From: Candidatus Poribacteria bacterium
GTDB lineage: Bacteria > Poribacteria > WGA-4E > WGA-3G
NCBI GenBank assembly: GCA_963665235.2
Contig: CAXXLX010000001.1
Coordinates: 3,104,001-3,168,000, forward strand
DNA length: 64,000 bases
Reading direction: 5' to 3'
The position numbers were made by a program, and so were the translations under genes. Each line of letters opens with the position of its first letter. Position 1 is the first letter of the stretch. The notes beneath the pieces are model-generated. The model worked only from the letters and a program-made list of their open reading frames with translations. It was not told where the DNA came from and ran no database searches. Below, piece by piece: positions 30,133 through 40,912 of the stretch.

Positions 30133-30903
30133 TTATCGATGTGATGTGCCTCCAGCGCGTTTTAAGTCACCCCAACGCGTTGTCAATTTGCCACGCGCCT
30201 CAACTGGTAGGAGTGTGTCGACCCCATCGAGTAGACTGCTGATTTCGCCTTCGTCCAGGGCACGGGTGAAGACAGCTACGTCGTCCATTGCGCCTGCAAA
30301 TGTTTCACCATCGGACCCGCCAAGGCGGTATGTCTCATTGTTTCCGCGTGTTTCTTGGTAGTCGGTCTCCGCGACCTTCTCGCCGTTGGCATAAATTCTA
30401 AATTTATTACCATCGCTTGAAACGGCTACGTGTGTCCACTCATTCCCTTCGATGATGCCGTCTTCGGTCTGGCATAGGACTGTCCATCCACCGACCTGAC
30501 CACGCCAGGAGAGTAGCCTCTGATCTTTGTTCAAGAAGAGCGTATTGTGCCCAGCGGCCCCGGGGAGGCTTCGCCAGATATGCTCCCACGGGCTGCCCGT
30601 GAAATCCGGCTGTATCCAAGCCGAAAGTGTAAACGGGTCTGATTTGAAAATGTCTCCGTGAAGAGAGTCAGAGACTTTTAGCTCAACGTAAACGGTCGGA
30701 GGTAATTGAATAGCATCTCCGAATTTGCCTTTATCCCACTGGGCATCGCCTACAACTGTTCCATGGTTATCGTTTCCGGATGCGTCCTCTGGATTGCCGT
30801 TGAATGGGAAGTACGCCACTAAATCCGCATCTTCCGCGGTAATCCCTAAAGAGGTGCACATCAGTAAAAGAGTAAGTGCCAAAATTGACGTGAATAGTTT
30901 CAT
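30133..30903 (-). CDS. Secreted LamG/ConA-like jelly-roll protein
   Basis: Signal peptide, LVAYFPFNG, WTHVAV, MDDVAVFTRAL, C-terminal VEARGKLTTRWGDLK. Confidence 0.88.
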   Translation of the reverse strand: MKLFTSILALTLLLMCTSLGITAEDADLVAYFPFNGNPEDASGNDNHGTVVGDAQWDKGKFGDAIQLPPTVYVELKVSDSLHGDIFKSDPFTLSAWIQPDFTGSPWEHIWRSLPGAAGHNTLFLNKDQRLLSWRGQVGGWTVLCQTEDGIIEGNEWTHVAVSSDGNKFRIYANGEKVAETDYQETRGNNETYRLGGSDGETFAGAMDDVAVFTRALDEGEISSLLDGVDTLLPVEARGKLTTRWGDLKRAGGTSHR

Positions 30904-31463
30904 GAGAATTACTCCTTTTTCGCAAATGTCCACAATGCAAACAAAAAACCGCACTGAGACACTCCATAAAAAAGCGAAGTGTGCACGTGCGGGTATGTAA
31001 GGTATCGCAGCTTGTAACTCCTGCGACACTGCCTCGTGACAAAATAACAAATGTAAAATTATATAAGGGGGGGGGTAAACCGCTAGTTATAACACATCCG
31101 ATAGGGACGGGCCCAAAACATCCTAAAACGAATGACAGATATCGGATGCATTCATTTCTGAAGAGTGATCTGTTTTTCACTGTCGGGTCCCCCATAAAAT
31201 TTAAAGTCTATTCAAAAATTTCGCGCCATCACTCAAGAAAATAGCTTTTTGGGAAGGCACAAATTGAAATGGACTGCCTGTTCAGTATAGTGTATCAAAA
31301 AACCGTTTTTAGGGCAACCTTTCCTTTAAAGATTGACTATTTCTTCTTGAAAAAAATTCTCTTGCAAACTTAATCTAAATTGCGTATACTATATGCAATG
31401 TACATTAAACCGTGAAGTACAGAACTTACGTCCCCCGGAAACTACACAAGTGGAGGTATTTTT

Positions 31464-33626
31464 TTGACAGATAATTTATTAAGTGCTCTGAACGATGTCC
31501 AGCGTGAGGCTGTCCAACACACCGATGGCCCGCTGCTTATCTTATCCGGTGCGGGGAGCGGCAAAACACGTGTGATTACGCACCGTGTCGCATACCTGAT
31601 TAAACATCACGATGTTCCACCGTCCCGTATTCTTGCGGTAACATTTACGAACAAAGCGGCGAACGAGATGAAAACCCGGCTTGAGACGCTTCTGGAAACA
31701 GGTGTTAGCAAAAACCTGTGGGTCGCAACGTTCCATTCCACCTGTGCACGCATCCTGCGTCGAGATATTGAAAAATTGGAGCCGTATAACGGGCGTTTCA
31801 CAATTTACGATACAGGTGAGCAATATACCCTTATCAAAGGTATTCTTCGGGAACTCGGTTTGAGCGAAAAGACTCATAACCCGCGTGCTGTTCTCAGTCA
31901 TATCAGTCGCGTCAAAAACGATTTCCTAAAACCGACAGAGTACACTAACATCGCCAGCGGCTATTTTGAAAAAATTGTTGCGAGAGTCTACCCGGTGTAT
32001 CAGGAGACCCTTCGCGAAAATAATGCCCTCGATTTTGATGACCTACTCCTGTTTACTCTCGAACTGTTCGAAAAGTATCCAGAAACGTTGGAGTCCTATC
32101 AAGACAAATTCGAGTATCTCCTTGTAGACGAGTATCAAGACACGAACCAGTGCCAATATCAATTGGTCCGTTTTTTGGCGGGTAAAAAACAGAATATCTG
32201 TGTCGTCGGGGACGATGACCAGTCCATCTACTCCTTTCGCGGGGCAGACATCAAAAACATCCTCAACTTTGAGAAGGATTATCCGAATACCCATGTGCTC
32301 CGTTTAGAACAGAACTACCGGTCTACCAAAAATATTTTGGATGCCGCGTGGAGCGTTGTCCATAACAACAAGGCGCGAAAAGCGAAACGGCTCTGGACCG
32401 AAAAGGAGGACGGGGAGCTCATCTTGTGTTATGAAGCGGCCGATGAGAACGATGAGGCGGGTTATGTCGGCACACAAATTGAGGATTGGCATGCAGAAGG
32501 TGTTGATTACTCAGATTTCGCTATCTTTTACCGAACCAACGCGCAATCTCGTGTTTTTGAGGAGGCGTTCCTCGCTGCCAATATACCGTATCAGATTATT
32601 GGCGGTGTCGGCTTCTACGATAGGATGGAAGTAAAAGACCTGCTTGCTTACCTCCGCATCATGAGCAACCCGCATGACACAGTCAGTCTCCGGCGCATTA
32701 TCAACGTGCCGACTCGCGGTATCGGTGCGACAACAATCCAGAGGCTTGTCGAGTTTGCCCACAGTGAAGACATATCGCTTTTTGATACCCTAGAACGTGT
32801 TGCGGACGTTCCGAAAATCAGCAACAGTATACAGGCAAAGGTACGGAATTTCGCCAAAATCTTCACAAAGTTCGGCCCAGATGATCTCCCCTCTGACGCA
32901 CTGCACTATGTTTTAGAGACCACGGGTTATCTGACAAACCTTGAAAACCAGAAAACGATAGAGGCGCAGAATCGCGTTGAAAACATTGAGGAATTGATGA
33001 ACGCTGTCGCTGAATATGAGCACAACGCGGAGGAGCCGTCCCTTGCGGATTATCTGGAAACCGTTGCCCTCACAACAGATATAGATAAGATGGAAACGGA
33101 TAAGACAGATAGGGTGCCGTTGATGACCTTGCACAGCGCGAAAGGGTTGGAATTTCCTTTCGTCTTTATAGTCGGCATGGAGGAGAAATTTCTACCGCAT
33201 CAACGTGCGATTGCGAGTTTAACAGGGGATGAGTTAGAGGAAGAACGCCGCCTCTGTTATGTCGGTATCACGCGTGCAATGGAACAACTTTTTCTTGTAC
33301 ATGCCGAGCAGCGGCGAATGTACCGCGACTCAGAATATAGGAGCCCCTCGCGTTTCATCGATGAAATACCGCCACACCTCATCAAACACGTCGACCGATA
33401 CCGCTCTGCGTTCCGTGAAACAGAGCACCCGTACTATGCCGCGAAGCAGACGCACAATTACGAATTCGGGCAGGTTGTGTCCCATTCAAAATACGGAAGC
33501 GGAAAGATAACAGAGCTCAGACGCATTGGCGAAACTACATTTGTGACAGTTCAGTTTGAACAAGGTGACATCAGGGAATTCGTTGCTGCGTTGGCACCGC
33601 TGGAAATCGTTGAATCGGAAAAATAA
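31464..33626 (+). CDS. pcrA: ATP-dependent DNA helicase PcrA/UvrD
   Basis: GAGSGKT, VDEYQDTN, NYRST, TLHSAKGLEF and EERRLCYVGITRA motifs. Confidence 0.95.
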   Translation: MTDNLLSALNDVQREAVQHTDGPLLILSGAGSGKTRVITHRVAYLIKHHDVPPSRILAVTFTNKAANEMKTRLETLLETGVSKNLWVATFHSTCARILRRDIEKLEPYNGRFTIYDTGEQYTLIKGILRELGLSEKTHNPRAVLSHISRVKNDFLKPTEYTNIASGYFEKIVARVYPVYQETLRENNALDFDDLLLFTLELFEKYPETLESYQDKFEYLLVDEYQDTNQCQYQLVRFLAGKKQNICVVGDDDQSIYSFRGADIKNILNFEKDYPNTHVLRLEQNYRSTKNILDAAWSVVHNNKARKAKRLWTEKEDGELILCYEAADENDEAGYVGTQIEDWHAEGVDYSDFAIFYRTNAQSRVFEEAFLAANIPYQIIGGVGFYDRMEVKDLLAYLRIMSNPHDTVSLRRIINVPTRGIGATTIQRLVEFAHSEDISLFDTLERVADVPKISNSIQAKVRNFAKIFTKFGPDDLPSDALHYVLETTGYLTNLENQKTIEAQNRVENIEELMNAVAEYEHNAEEPSLADYLETVALTTDIDKMETDKTDRVPLMTLHSAKGLEFPFVFIVGMEEKFLPHQRAIASLTGDELEEERRLCYVGITRAMEQLFLVHAEQRRMYRDSEYRSPSRFIDEIPPHLIKHVDRYRSAFRETEHPYYAAKQTHNYEFGQVVSHSKYGSGKITELRRIGETTFVTVQFEQGDIREFVAALAPLEIVESEK

Positions 33627-33659
33627 CCGAAATAGCTGTCAGCAGTTGGAGGATTTTAT

Positions 33660-33962
33660 ATGGCAACTATCACTACAGAAGGCGTGACCCATGTTGCAAA
33701 CTTGGCACGTCTCGAATTTAACGAGGAAGAGATACAACATTTTACGGAACAACTCGCCCGAATTTTGGACTACATCGGGAAATTGAATGAACTAGAGACA
33801 ACTGACATTGAACCGACATCGCACATTCATCCGCTCCAAAATGTGACCAAGCCGGATGTCGTCAAACCCTTCAATCCGGACAAGGATGTTAATCTTCTCA
33901 AGAATGCACCGGATGCGGAATCGGGATATTTCGGTGTTCCCAGAGTAGTTGACACGACGTAA
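33660..33962 (+). CDS. gatC: Asp/Glu-tRNA amidotransferase subunit C
   Basis: HVANLARL...DIEPTSH...NAP...YFGVPRV, upstream of gatA. Confidence 0.93.
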   Translation: MATITTEGVTHVANLARLEFNEEEIQHFTEQLARILDYIGKLNELETTDIEPTSHIHPLQNVTKPDVVKPFNPDKDVNLLKNAPDAESGYFGVPRVVDTT

Positions 33963-33974
33963 GGAGAAAATTGA

Positions 33975-35438
33975 ATGTCGCTTTATCAATTGACAGCGCA
34001 TACGCTACACAAGAAACTTAAGGAGCGTGAAATTACCGCTGTGGAGCTAACGGAGTCTGTCTATAACCGCATTGATGCTGTGGAACCTCACGTCAAGGGC
34101 TACTTGGAGTTGACGAAAGAGCTCGCCTTGGAACAAGCAGCAGCAGCCGATGCGGGGTTTCAAAACGGTGACGATATGCCGTCGCTTGCAGGTATTCCTA
34201 TCGCTATCAAGGATGTGATATGTACCAAGGGTGTAAGAACAACGTGTGGTTCTAAAATCCTCAGAAACTTCGTGCCACCTTACGATGCCACTGTCATGAC
34301 GAAACTGCATCAGCAGGGAATTGTGATGCTTGGCAAAACGAATATGGACGAGTTTGCGATGGGGTCGTCCACCGAAAATTCAGCGTATCAGATTACGCAC
34401 AACCCGTGGAATTTGGAAACTATTCCTGGCGGTTCCAGCGGTGGTTCCGCTGCGGTTGTCTCAGCAGATATGGCAATCTGTTCGCTCGGTTCGGATACAG
34501 GTGGCTCCATACGTCAACCTGCGGCACTTTGTGGGGTTGTCGGCATGAAACCGACTTACGGGCGCGTTTCGCGCTACGGTCTGGTTGCATTCGCCTCCTC
34601 GCTTGACCAGATCGGACCGTTTACCAAGGATGTCACCGATTGTGCCCTGCTTCTCAACGCCATCTGTGGACATGACCCGATGGACTCCACCGCTGTTGAT
34701 GAGCCCGTGCCAGATTTCACACAGAGCCTAATCAACGATGTTAAGGGGTTGAAAGTTGGGGTACCTAAGGAGTATTTCACCGAGGGGTTAATGCAGGAGG
34801 TTGCAGACAAGGTAAACGCTGCGATTGCTGTGCTGGAAGAACACGGTGCGATTATTAATAAGGATATATCCCTCAAACATACCGAATATGCTATCGCTAC
34901 GTACTACATTATTGCCCCCGCTGAGGCGAGTGCAAACCTAGCACGATATGATGGGGTCCGCTACGGATACCGCACCGAAAAGCCGGAAGACCTGCTCAAC
35001 ATGTATAAAAAGACTCGAAGCGAAGGGTTCGGCCCCGAAGTCAAACGGCGCATTATGCTCGGCACCTTCGCGCTGAGCGCAGGGTATCAAGATGCATATT
35101 ACCGCAAAGCACAGAAGGTCCGGACGTTAATCAGAAAAGACTTCGATGCGGCCTTCGAAAAGGTTGACGTTATTGCAACGCCAACATCACCGACATCGGC
35201 ATTCAAAATCGGCGAACGGACCGAAGACCCACTGCAAATGTACCTCTCCGATGTCATGACGACCCCGGCGAGTCATGCAGGGTTACCAGGGATTTCTATC
35301 CCGTGTGGACTTACGACGGATGGGCTTCCTATTGGGTTACAGCTGCTCGCTAAACCCTTTGCCGAGGAGATGCTTTTGCGCGTCGCCTATAGCTTTGAAC
35401 AGAATACCGAACATCATAAACAGAAACCGAATTTATAG
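33975..35438 (+). CDS. gatA: Asp/Glu-tRNA amidotransferase subunit A
   Basis: [29 protein letters not shown] and SANLARYDG motifs. Confidence 0.96.
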   Translation: MSLYQLTAHTLHKKLKEREITAVELTESVYNRIDAVEPHVKGYLELTKELALEQAAAADAGFQNGDDMPSLAGIPIAIKDVICTKGVRTTCGSKILRNFVPPYDATVMTKLHQQGIVMLGKTNMDEFAMGSSTENSAYQITHNPWNLETIPGGSSGGSAAVVSADMAICSLGSDTGGSIRQPAALCGVVGMKPTYGRVSRYGLVAFASSLDQIGPFTKDVTDCALLLNAICGHDPMDSTAVDEPVPDFTQSLINDVKGLKVGVPKEYFTEGLMQEVADKVNAAIAVLEEHGAIINKDISLKHTEYAIATYYIIAPAEASANLARYDGVRYGYRTEKPEDLLNMYKKTRSEGFGPEVKRRIMLGTFALSAGYQDAYYRKAQKVRTLIRKDFDAAFEKVDVIATPTSPTSAFKIGERTEDPLQMYLSDVMTTPASHAGLPGISIPCGLTTDGLPIGLQLLAKPFAEEMLLRVAYSFEQNTEHHKQKPNL

Positions 35439-35446
35439 GGAAATTT

Positions 35447-35932
35447 ATGAAAACATTGACAGCACCCCTTGGGGGTTTCATTGGTGCAATATTAGGCGGA
35501 ATCCTTTGGGCGAAATATATCCAATGGACCGGTACAACCGCGGGATTCATCGCCCTCGGTGTCGGTTTACTGACTGGGGTAGGTATGTTGTTTAGTAGTA
35601 CCCGCGCTATTGAACCTGATGCGAAAGGACAGTGGTTTATCGTCTCTATTACCGCTGCGATTTTCGCTATTATTGGTATCTTTATCGGGAAATATCTCGA
35701 TGTCCAATGGAATGCACTCACACATATTACGGAACAATTGATGCTGGAGCGGGAATTGACGTTTCAACAAGCGAAACCTTACGCCCAAACGATACTCGGC
35801 GGTAGTTCAAAATGGGAGCTTATGCAACAACGTATGGACCGGTTTGATTTCATCTACGGTGGTGCAGCGGCTCTTATTGCTTTTTACATTCCATCCATGC
35901 AACGGTTACGAAACTATTTTTACCGAAATTAA
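35447..35932 (+). CDS. Hypothetical membrane protein
   Basis: Three to four Gly-rich hydrophobic helices; operonic position. Confidence 0.7.
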   Translation: MKTLTAPLGGFIGAILGGILWAKYIQWTGTTAGFIALGVGLLTGVGMLFSSTRAIEPDAKGQWFIVSITAAIFAIIGIFIGKYLDVQWNALTHITEQLMLERELTFQQAKPYAQTILGGSSKWELMQQRMDRFDFIYGGAAALIAFYIPSMQRLRNYFYRN

Positions 35933-35950
35933 ATAAAAGTGAGGTGAGAA

Positions 35951-37390
35951 ATGAAAAAAAACTATTTTCACATAATATTATTAACATTCTTAATTGTGGC
36001 TTTTCTGCCACTTCACGGGAATTTGGAAGAACATGAAGAACATATAGGGACAGAAGATACGGCAAAGACATCTACGGATACGCTGCTAGAGAATTTCGCG
36101 CTGCTTTCAGAAATTGTCGCATTTATTGAACAGGAGCATCTCGATAATCCAGATTCAAAGGAGCTCATGGAGGGCGCGATACGAGGGATGCTTCGCACCC
36201 TGGACCCCTATAGTCAATATATTCCGGACTATCTAGCATTCCGTATGCAGAATCGCGGCAACTATGGGGGGCTCGGTATGACTGTTGGAATTCGAGATGA
36301 TGTACTCACCGTCATAACGCCGTTCAAAGGAAATCCAGCTGCGCTGGCTGGCGTGCAAAACGGCGATATCATCAGTCATATTGAAGGTGAACCCACAGCT
36401 GTGATGAGCTTGAGCGAAGCGGTTGAACAGTTGCGTGGTGAACCCGGCACCGCTGTCTCTATTACGATTATCCGTCCGAAGGAAAGCCGCCCGATAGAAC
36501 TCACCATCACGCGGGAGGTCATTCATATCCCCAACGTCGAAAAAGCGATTATCGGCGATAACATCGGGTACATTAAAATCAATCAATTCCTTCAGACAAC
36601 CGCCAACGATGTAGATAGCGTGTTTACCGAATTTGAATCACACCCCCTCCGCGGCATTATCCTTGACCTGCGGTCCAACCCCGGTGGCCTTTTAACCGCG
36701 GCGGTTGATATCGCCAGCGATTTTCTGGAACCCGGCCAACTTGTTGTTTACAGCCAGGGGACCGAAGCCCGTGAGGACTACGCCGCTAAGGGACAGGCAA
36801 GAGATAAATTTCCTTTGATTGTTTTGGTCAATGGCGGAAGTGCTAGTGCATCCGAAATTGTCTCTGGGGCCATCAAAGACCACGGACGCGGCATCGTCAT
36901 GGGCAGTAAAACCTTCGGAAAAGCCTCTGTCCAACGCGTCTTCCCCCTCAGTGATTCCAAAGCCGCAGTGAAATTGACCGTGGCGCGTTACTACACACCG
37001 AAAGGTGTAAATATCGATAAAATCGGAGTCATGCCCGATGTCGAATCCGCAGGGTTTAGCAGCTCCGAATGGGGACTCATGCAGTCCAAACTGGAAAATC
37101 ATGAGGAACTCAAGGCATTCGTTGAGAAACATGGCGACGACGTTCTGGCAAAACTCTATGACGCAGAACACGCCCCACGGGACGACCGCCAAGCCATCAG
37201 GCTCCTGCGGAGTTATCAACGGCTCGTCGACGCACTCGCTGAAGAACAGATTATCCTCAGTGATATCGGAATTAAGTATGCCATCGCGGAGATTACCGAA
37301 AATATCAGCGATGAACTTGAGCATGACCCGCAAATCCTCGACGCAATGGCGCAATTGAAAGTGCTTGAACTGTTCGGCAATCAGAATTAA
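35951..37390 (+). CDS. ctpA: S41 carboxyl-terminal processing protease with PDZ domain
   Basis: [20 protein letters not shown] and TFGKASVQ motifs. Confidence 0.9.
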   Translation: MKKNYFHIILLTFLIVAFLPLHGNLEEHEEHIGTEDTAKTSTDTLLENFALLSEIVAFIEQEHLDNPDSKELMEGAIRGMLRTLDPYSQYIPDYLAFRMQNRGNYGGLGMTVGIRDDVLTVITPFKGNPAALAGVQNGDIISHIEGEPTAVMSLSEAVEQLRGEPGTAVSITIIRPKESRPIELTITREVIHIPNVEKAIIGDNIGYIKINQFLQTTANDVDSVFTEFESHPLRGIILDLRSNPGGLLTAAVDIASDFLEPGQLVVYSQGTEAREDYAAKGQARDKFPLIVLVNGGSASASEIVSGAIKDHGRGIVMGSKTFGKASVQRVFPLSDSKAAVKLTVARYYTPKGVNIDKIGVMPDVESAGFSSSEWGLMQSKLENHEELKAFVEKHGDDVLAKLYDAEHAPRDDRQAIRLLRSYQRLVDALAEEQIILSDIGIKYAIAEITENISDELEHDPQILDAMAQLKVLELFGNQN

Positions 37391-37437
37391 TTTCCATAGC
37401 GCGAACGTCAGGGGACAGAATAAGGAGAAAAAATTTG

Positions 37438-38895
37438 GTGAACCTACAAACGCCGCTTCCAAATTACATTAACAACACTTGGCAGGAATCTGTGGCAGCG
37501 GAACTGCTCGATGTTACGAATCCTGCCACCGGCGAAGTGCTAACCCAAGTCCCGCTCTCTCCTGCCGATGAGGTGCATCAGGCGGTGACCGCCGCCGAAA
37601 CTGCCTTTGACACCTGGCGACGCACACCGCCTGTTCAACGTGTTCAATACCTCTTTACGCTGAAAACCCTTTTAGAGGAAAACTTGGACGACATTGCCCA
37701 AACAATTACCTCGGAATGTGGAAAAACGATTGCCGAAGCAAAAGGTGAAATGCGGCGCGCCATCGAAAATGTTGAGGTCGCCTGCGGAATTCCTACGCTT
37801 ATGCAGGGCACAAACTTAGAGGATATCGCCACCGGTATTGACGAATTTATGATTCGTCAACCGGTCGGTGTTTGTGCTGCCATCGTACCCTTCAATTTCC
37901 CCGGCATGATTCCCTTCTGGTTTCTGCCTTACGCAATTGCTTGCGGCAACACCTATATCGTCAAACCCTCCGAAAAGGTGCCGCTGACTATGCAAAAGGT
38001 GTTTCAACTGCTTGAACAAACAGGACTTCCAGCGGGCGTTGTCAACCTCGTTAACGGCGGGCAGGAGACGGTGAACGCCATTTTGGAGCATCCCGACATC
38101 CGCGCCATCAGCTTCGTCGGTTCAACGGCTACTGCAAAAACTATCTATGCCAAGGCAGCGGCAAACGGGAAACGGGTTCAATGCCAAGGCGGCGCGAAAA
38201 ATCCACTCATTATCCTACCCGATGCTGACCCGCAGTTTACTGTCAAGGCTACGGCTGATAGTGCATTTGGTTGTGCTGGACAACGTTGCCTCGCTGCCTC
38301 GCTTGCCTTCACCGTTGGCGGGGCACAGAACTGGTTTCCGAAAGCCATCACGAATACTGCAACTGACCGAGTCGTCGGTAACGGGTTAGATGAAGTGGTA
38401 GAGATGGGACCTGTCATCTCCCCTGAAAGCAGAAACCGAATTGAGGGGCTCATTCAAGCAGGTATAGAGGAGGGTGCGCGTGTCCTCGTTGATGGCCGCT
38501 ATCCGAGCATACCCGATGGTGAAAACGGCAACTTCATCCGCCCAACAATTTTGAGTGAACTTAACCCTGAGGGCGACATCGCAAAAACCGAAATCTTTGG
38601 ACCGGTCTTAGGGCTCATCCACGTTCAAACGATTGACGACGCAATTGCACTTATCAATAGCGGAAGTTACGGCAACATGGCGTGTCTCTTTACAAGCAGC
38701 GGGGCAGCAGCGCGTAAGTTTCGTTACGAAGCGCACATCGGCAATATCGGAATTAACATCGGGGTTGCTGCCCCGATGGCGTTCTTTCCATTTAGCGGTT
38801 GGAAGGACAGCTTTTTTGGCGACCTGCACGGCCAGAGCTGGGATGCCGTCGATTTCTTCACACAGAAAAAGGTTGTCGTGGAGAGGTGGTACTAG
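37438..38895 (+). CDS. mmsA: CoA-acylating methylmalonate-semialdehyde dehydrogenase
   Basis: [27 protein letters not shown] and [13 protein letters not shown] motifs. Confidence 0.9.
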   Translation: MNLQTPLPNYINNTWQESVAAELLDVTNPATGEVLTQVPLSPADEVHQAVTAAETAFDTWRRTPPVQRVQYLFTLKTLLEENLDDIAQTITSECGKTIAEAKGEMRRAIENVEVACGIPTLMQGTNLEDIATGIDEFMIRQPVGVCAAIVPFNFPGMIPFWFLPYAIACGNTYIVKPSEKVPLTMQKVFQLLEQTGLPAGVVNLVNGGQETVNAILEHPDIRAISFVGSTATAKTIYAKAAANGKRVQCQGGAKNPLIILPDADPQFTVKATADSAFGCAGQRCLAASLAFTVGGAQNWFPKAITNTATDRVVGNGLDEVVEMGPVISPESRNRIEGLIQAGIEEGARVLVDGRYPSIPDGENGNFIRPTILSELNPEGDIAKTEIFGPVLGLIHVQTIDDAIALINSGSYGNMACLFTSSGAAARKFRYEAHIGNIGINIGVAAPMAFFPFSGWKDSFFGDLHGQSWDAVDFFTQKKVVVERWY

Positions 38896-38973
38896 TTTGG
38901 TGCCCCCTCTCTCCCGCAGGCGTGAAGGGTTAGCGAGCTAAATACTTCTATTTACCAAAAAGGAAATAAACCA

Positions 38974-40599
38974 TTGCCAAAAAAGAAAACCGAAGCAGAC
39001 ACAACCCAACCCACACTCCCGTTCCCATCTGAGAATGAGGAGCATCTGGATATCTCTACGCTTGAAACATGGCTCCTAGATGCTGCAAATACTATCCGAG
39101 GCGCGAGCGACGCACCCAAATTCAAGGATTTCATTTTACCCCTCATCTTCTATAAACGTCTCTCCGATGTGTTTGATGACGAGTTCTAAAAACAGATAAC
39201 AGAATTCGGCGATGAAGAATCCGCAAGCGAAATTGTTGAAGCGGACCATGAGGACGCGCTCAAAGCCGAACGTAACCCAATTGTCCGTTTTTACATTCCG
39301 CAGAAGTATAGCTGGGAAACACTTCGCAACCACCCCGCAGCCGGTCACTTGGGGGAGTTTGTCACCGAAGCGATGCGTGAGGTAGCACGTCTTAACCCGC
39401 CATTGCAAGAGGTCCTGGATGTGAAGGACTTCAACGAAACCCAAAGCGGACAGCGAACGCTCGATGAGGAACGACTGGAGGCGTTAATTGAGGTGCTGAG
39501 CAGGCATCGCCTTGGATTGCAAGATACGGAGCCTGATATCCTCGGACGCGCGTATGAATATCTGTTACGCAAGTTCGCTGAAGGACAAGGACAGAGCGCA
39601 GGTGAGTTCTATACCCCGAAGGAGGTCGGGTGGTTAATGGCACGTCTCATTAACCCGGAACCCCGCACGACTATTTGCGATCCGGCCTGTGGTTCGGGTG
39701 GTCTACTTATCAAACCTCGGCTGCTGTTTGAGCAGACACACCCAGATAAAAAGAGCCAAGCCCCGAAAATCTACGGACAGGAACTGACTCCCACAACCTA
39801 CGCCATGGCGAAGATGAACGCCTTTCTGCACGACTTTATCGGCGCGAATATTCATATAGGCGATACCTTTCGCAACCCCCAGTTCGTTGATAGCAATTCA
39901 AAACTACAACGTTTCGATTATGTGCTCGCGAATCCGATGTGGAATCAGGAGGGGTATGACGATGCTTTTTATGCAAACGACCGTTGGGGACGGTTCACGT
40001 ATGGAATCTCCCCAAATTCATCGGCTGATTGGGGATGGGTCCAGCACATGCTTGCTTCTCTGGAAGATAACGGACGCGCGGCGATTGTACTTGATACCGG
40101 GGCTGTCTCTCGCGGTTCCGGTAGTAGGCAGGCTAATCGGGAGCGCGATATTCGTAAAAAATTTGTTGAAAACGATTTGATTGAAGCGGTGATTCTCCTG
40201 CCTGAAAATCTGTTTTACAACACAAGCGCGCCGGGCATCATTTTACTCCTAAATCGAAACAAACCCGCAGAACGCAAAGAACAGAGCTTGCTTATCAACC
40301 TTTCCAAATATTTCATAAAAGGGAAGCCTAAAAACATCTTAACCGACGAAGGAATTGAGGCAGCTATTGAGGTATATCAAGCGTGGGAGTCTCGGGAGAA
40401 GTTGAGTAACGTTATCACACTATCGGATGCGCAGAAAACTGATTACAACCTGAGCCCCTCCCAGTTTGTGGATGTAGGTGACAAGATAGAACACCGTCCA
40501 GTGAACGAAATTCTATCGGACTTAACAGAGGCACGTATCGCCCGCGAAAAAGCAGATGAGACATTGAATAAGGTGTTGGCACAGCTTGGTTTACAGTAA
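38974..40599 (+). pseudogene. hsdM: Type I R-M methyltransferase HsdM with one in-frame TAA at 39187-39189
   Basis: Frame continues across the stop; GEFYTP, DPACGSGG and ANPMWN motifs. Confidence 0.88.
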
Positions 40600-40672
40600 A
40601 AGGCAATTAGTAGTTTCGAACTTAATAAATTTTTACTTGACAATTAAAGTGAATATACGATAGAATATAGGT

Positions 40673-40876
40673 ATGAATATATAGATTGATTAAGATTGGC
40701 GATGCTGCTGAGCCCCTCCGGTGTGTATAGGTTGGACAAGTGTTGCCGATTCATTAGCTGTCAATGATACGCACTATCCAACGGTAGGATATGCCTGGGT
40801 TGATAACCGTAACCAAAAGACGGATTTGGAACGACAATCGGAAATGCTGTTCCTGTTCAACTATCAAAGATTATAG
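40673..40876 (+). pseudogene. Remnant of IS607-family serine transposase (MerR-HTH start + resolvase start)
   Basis: Fragments RLIKIGDAAEPL and PTVGYAWVDNRNQKTDLERQSEML, cf. consensus YARVSS.DQK.DLERQ. Confidence 0.65.
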
Positions 40877-40912
40877 GCGCGAGTATACAGAAACATGTAA
40901 AGGAGAACGCAA

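Noticed and set aside
33660-35438. gatB missing next to gatCA
   Set aside because: Split gat operons are common; gatB may lie elsewhere
36692-37462. 256-aa antisense ORF and other long shadow ORFs
   Set aside because: They lie opposite well-supported genes and have no recognisable motifs
39187-39189. Programmed stop-codon readthrough in hsdM
   Set aside because: TAA is not a Sec or Pyl codon, and neighbouring hsd genes are also broken
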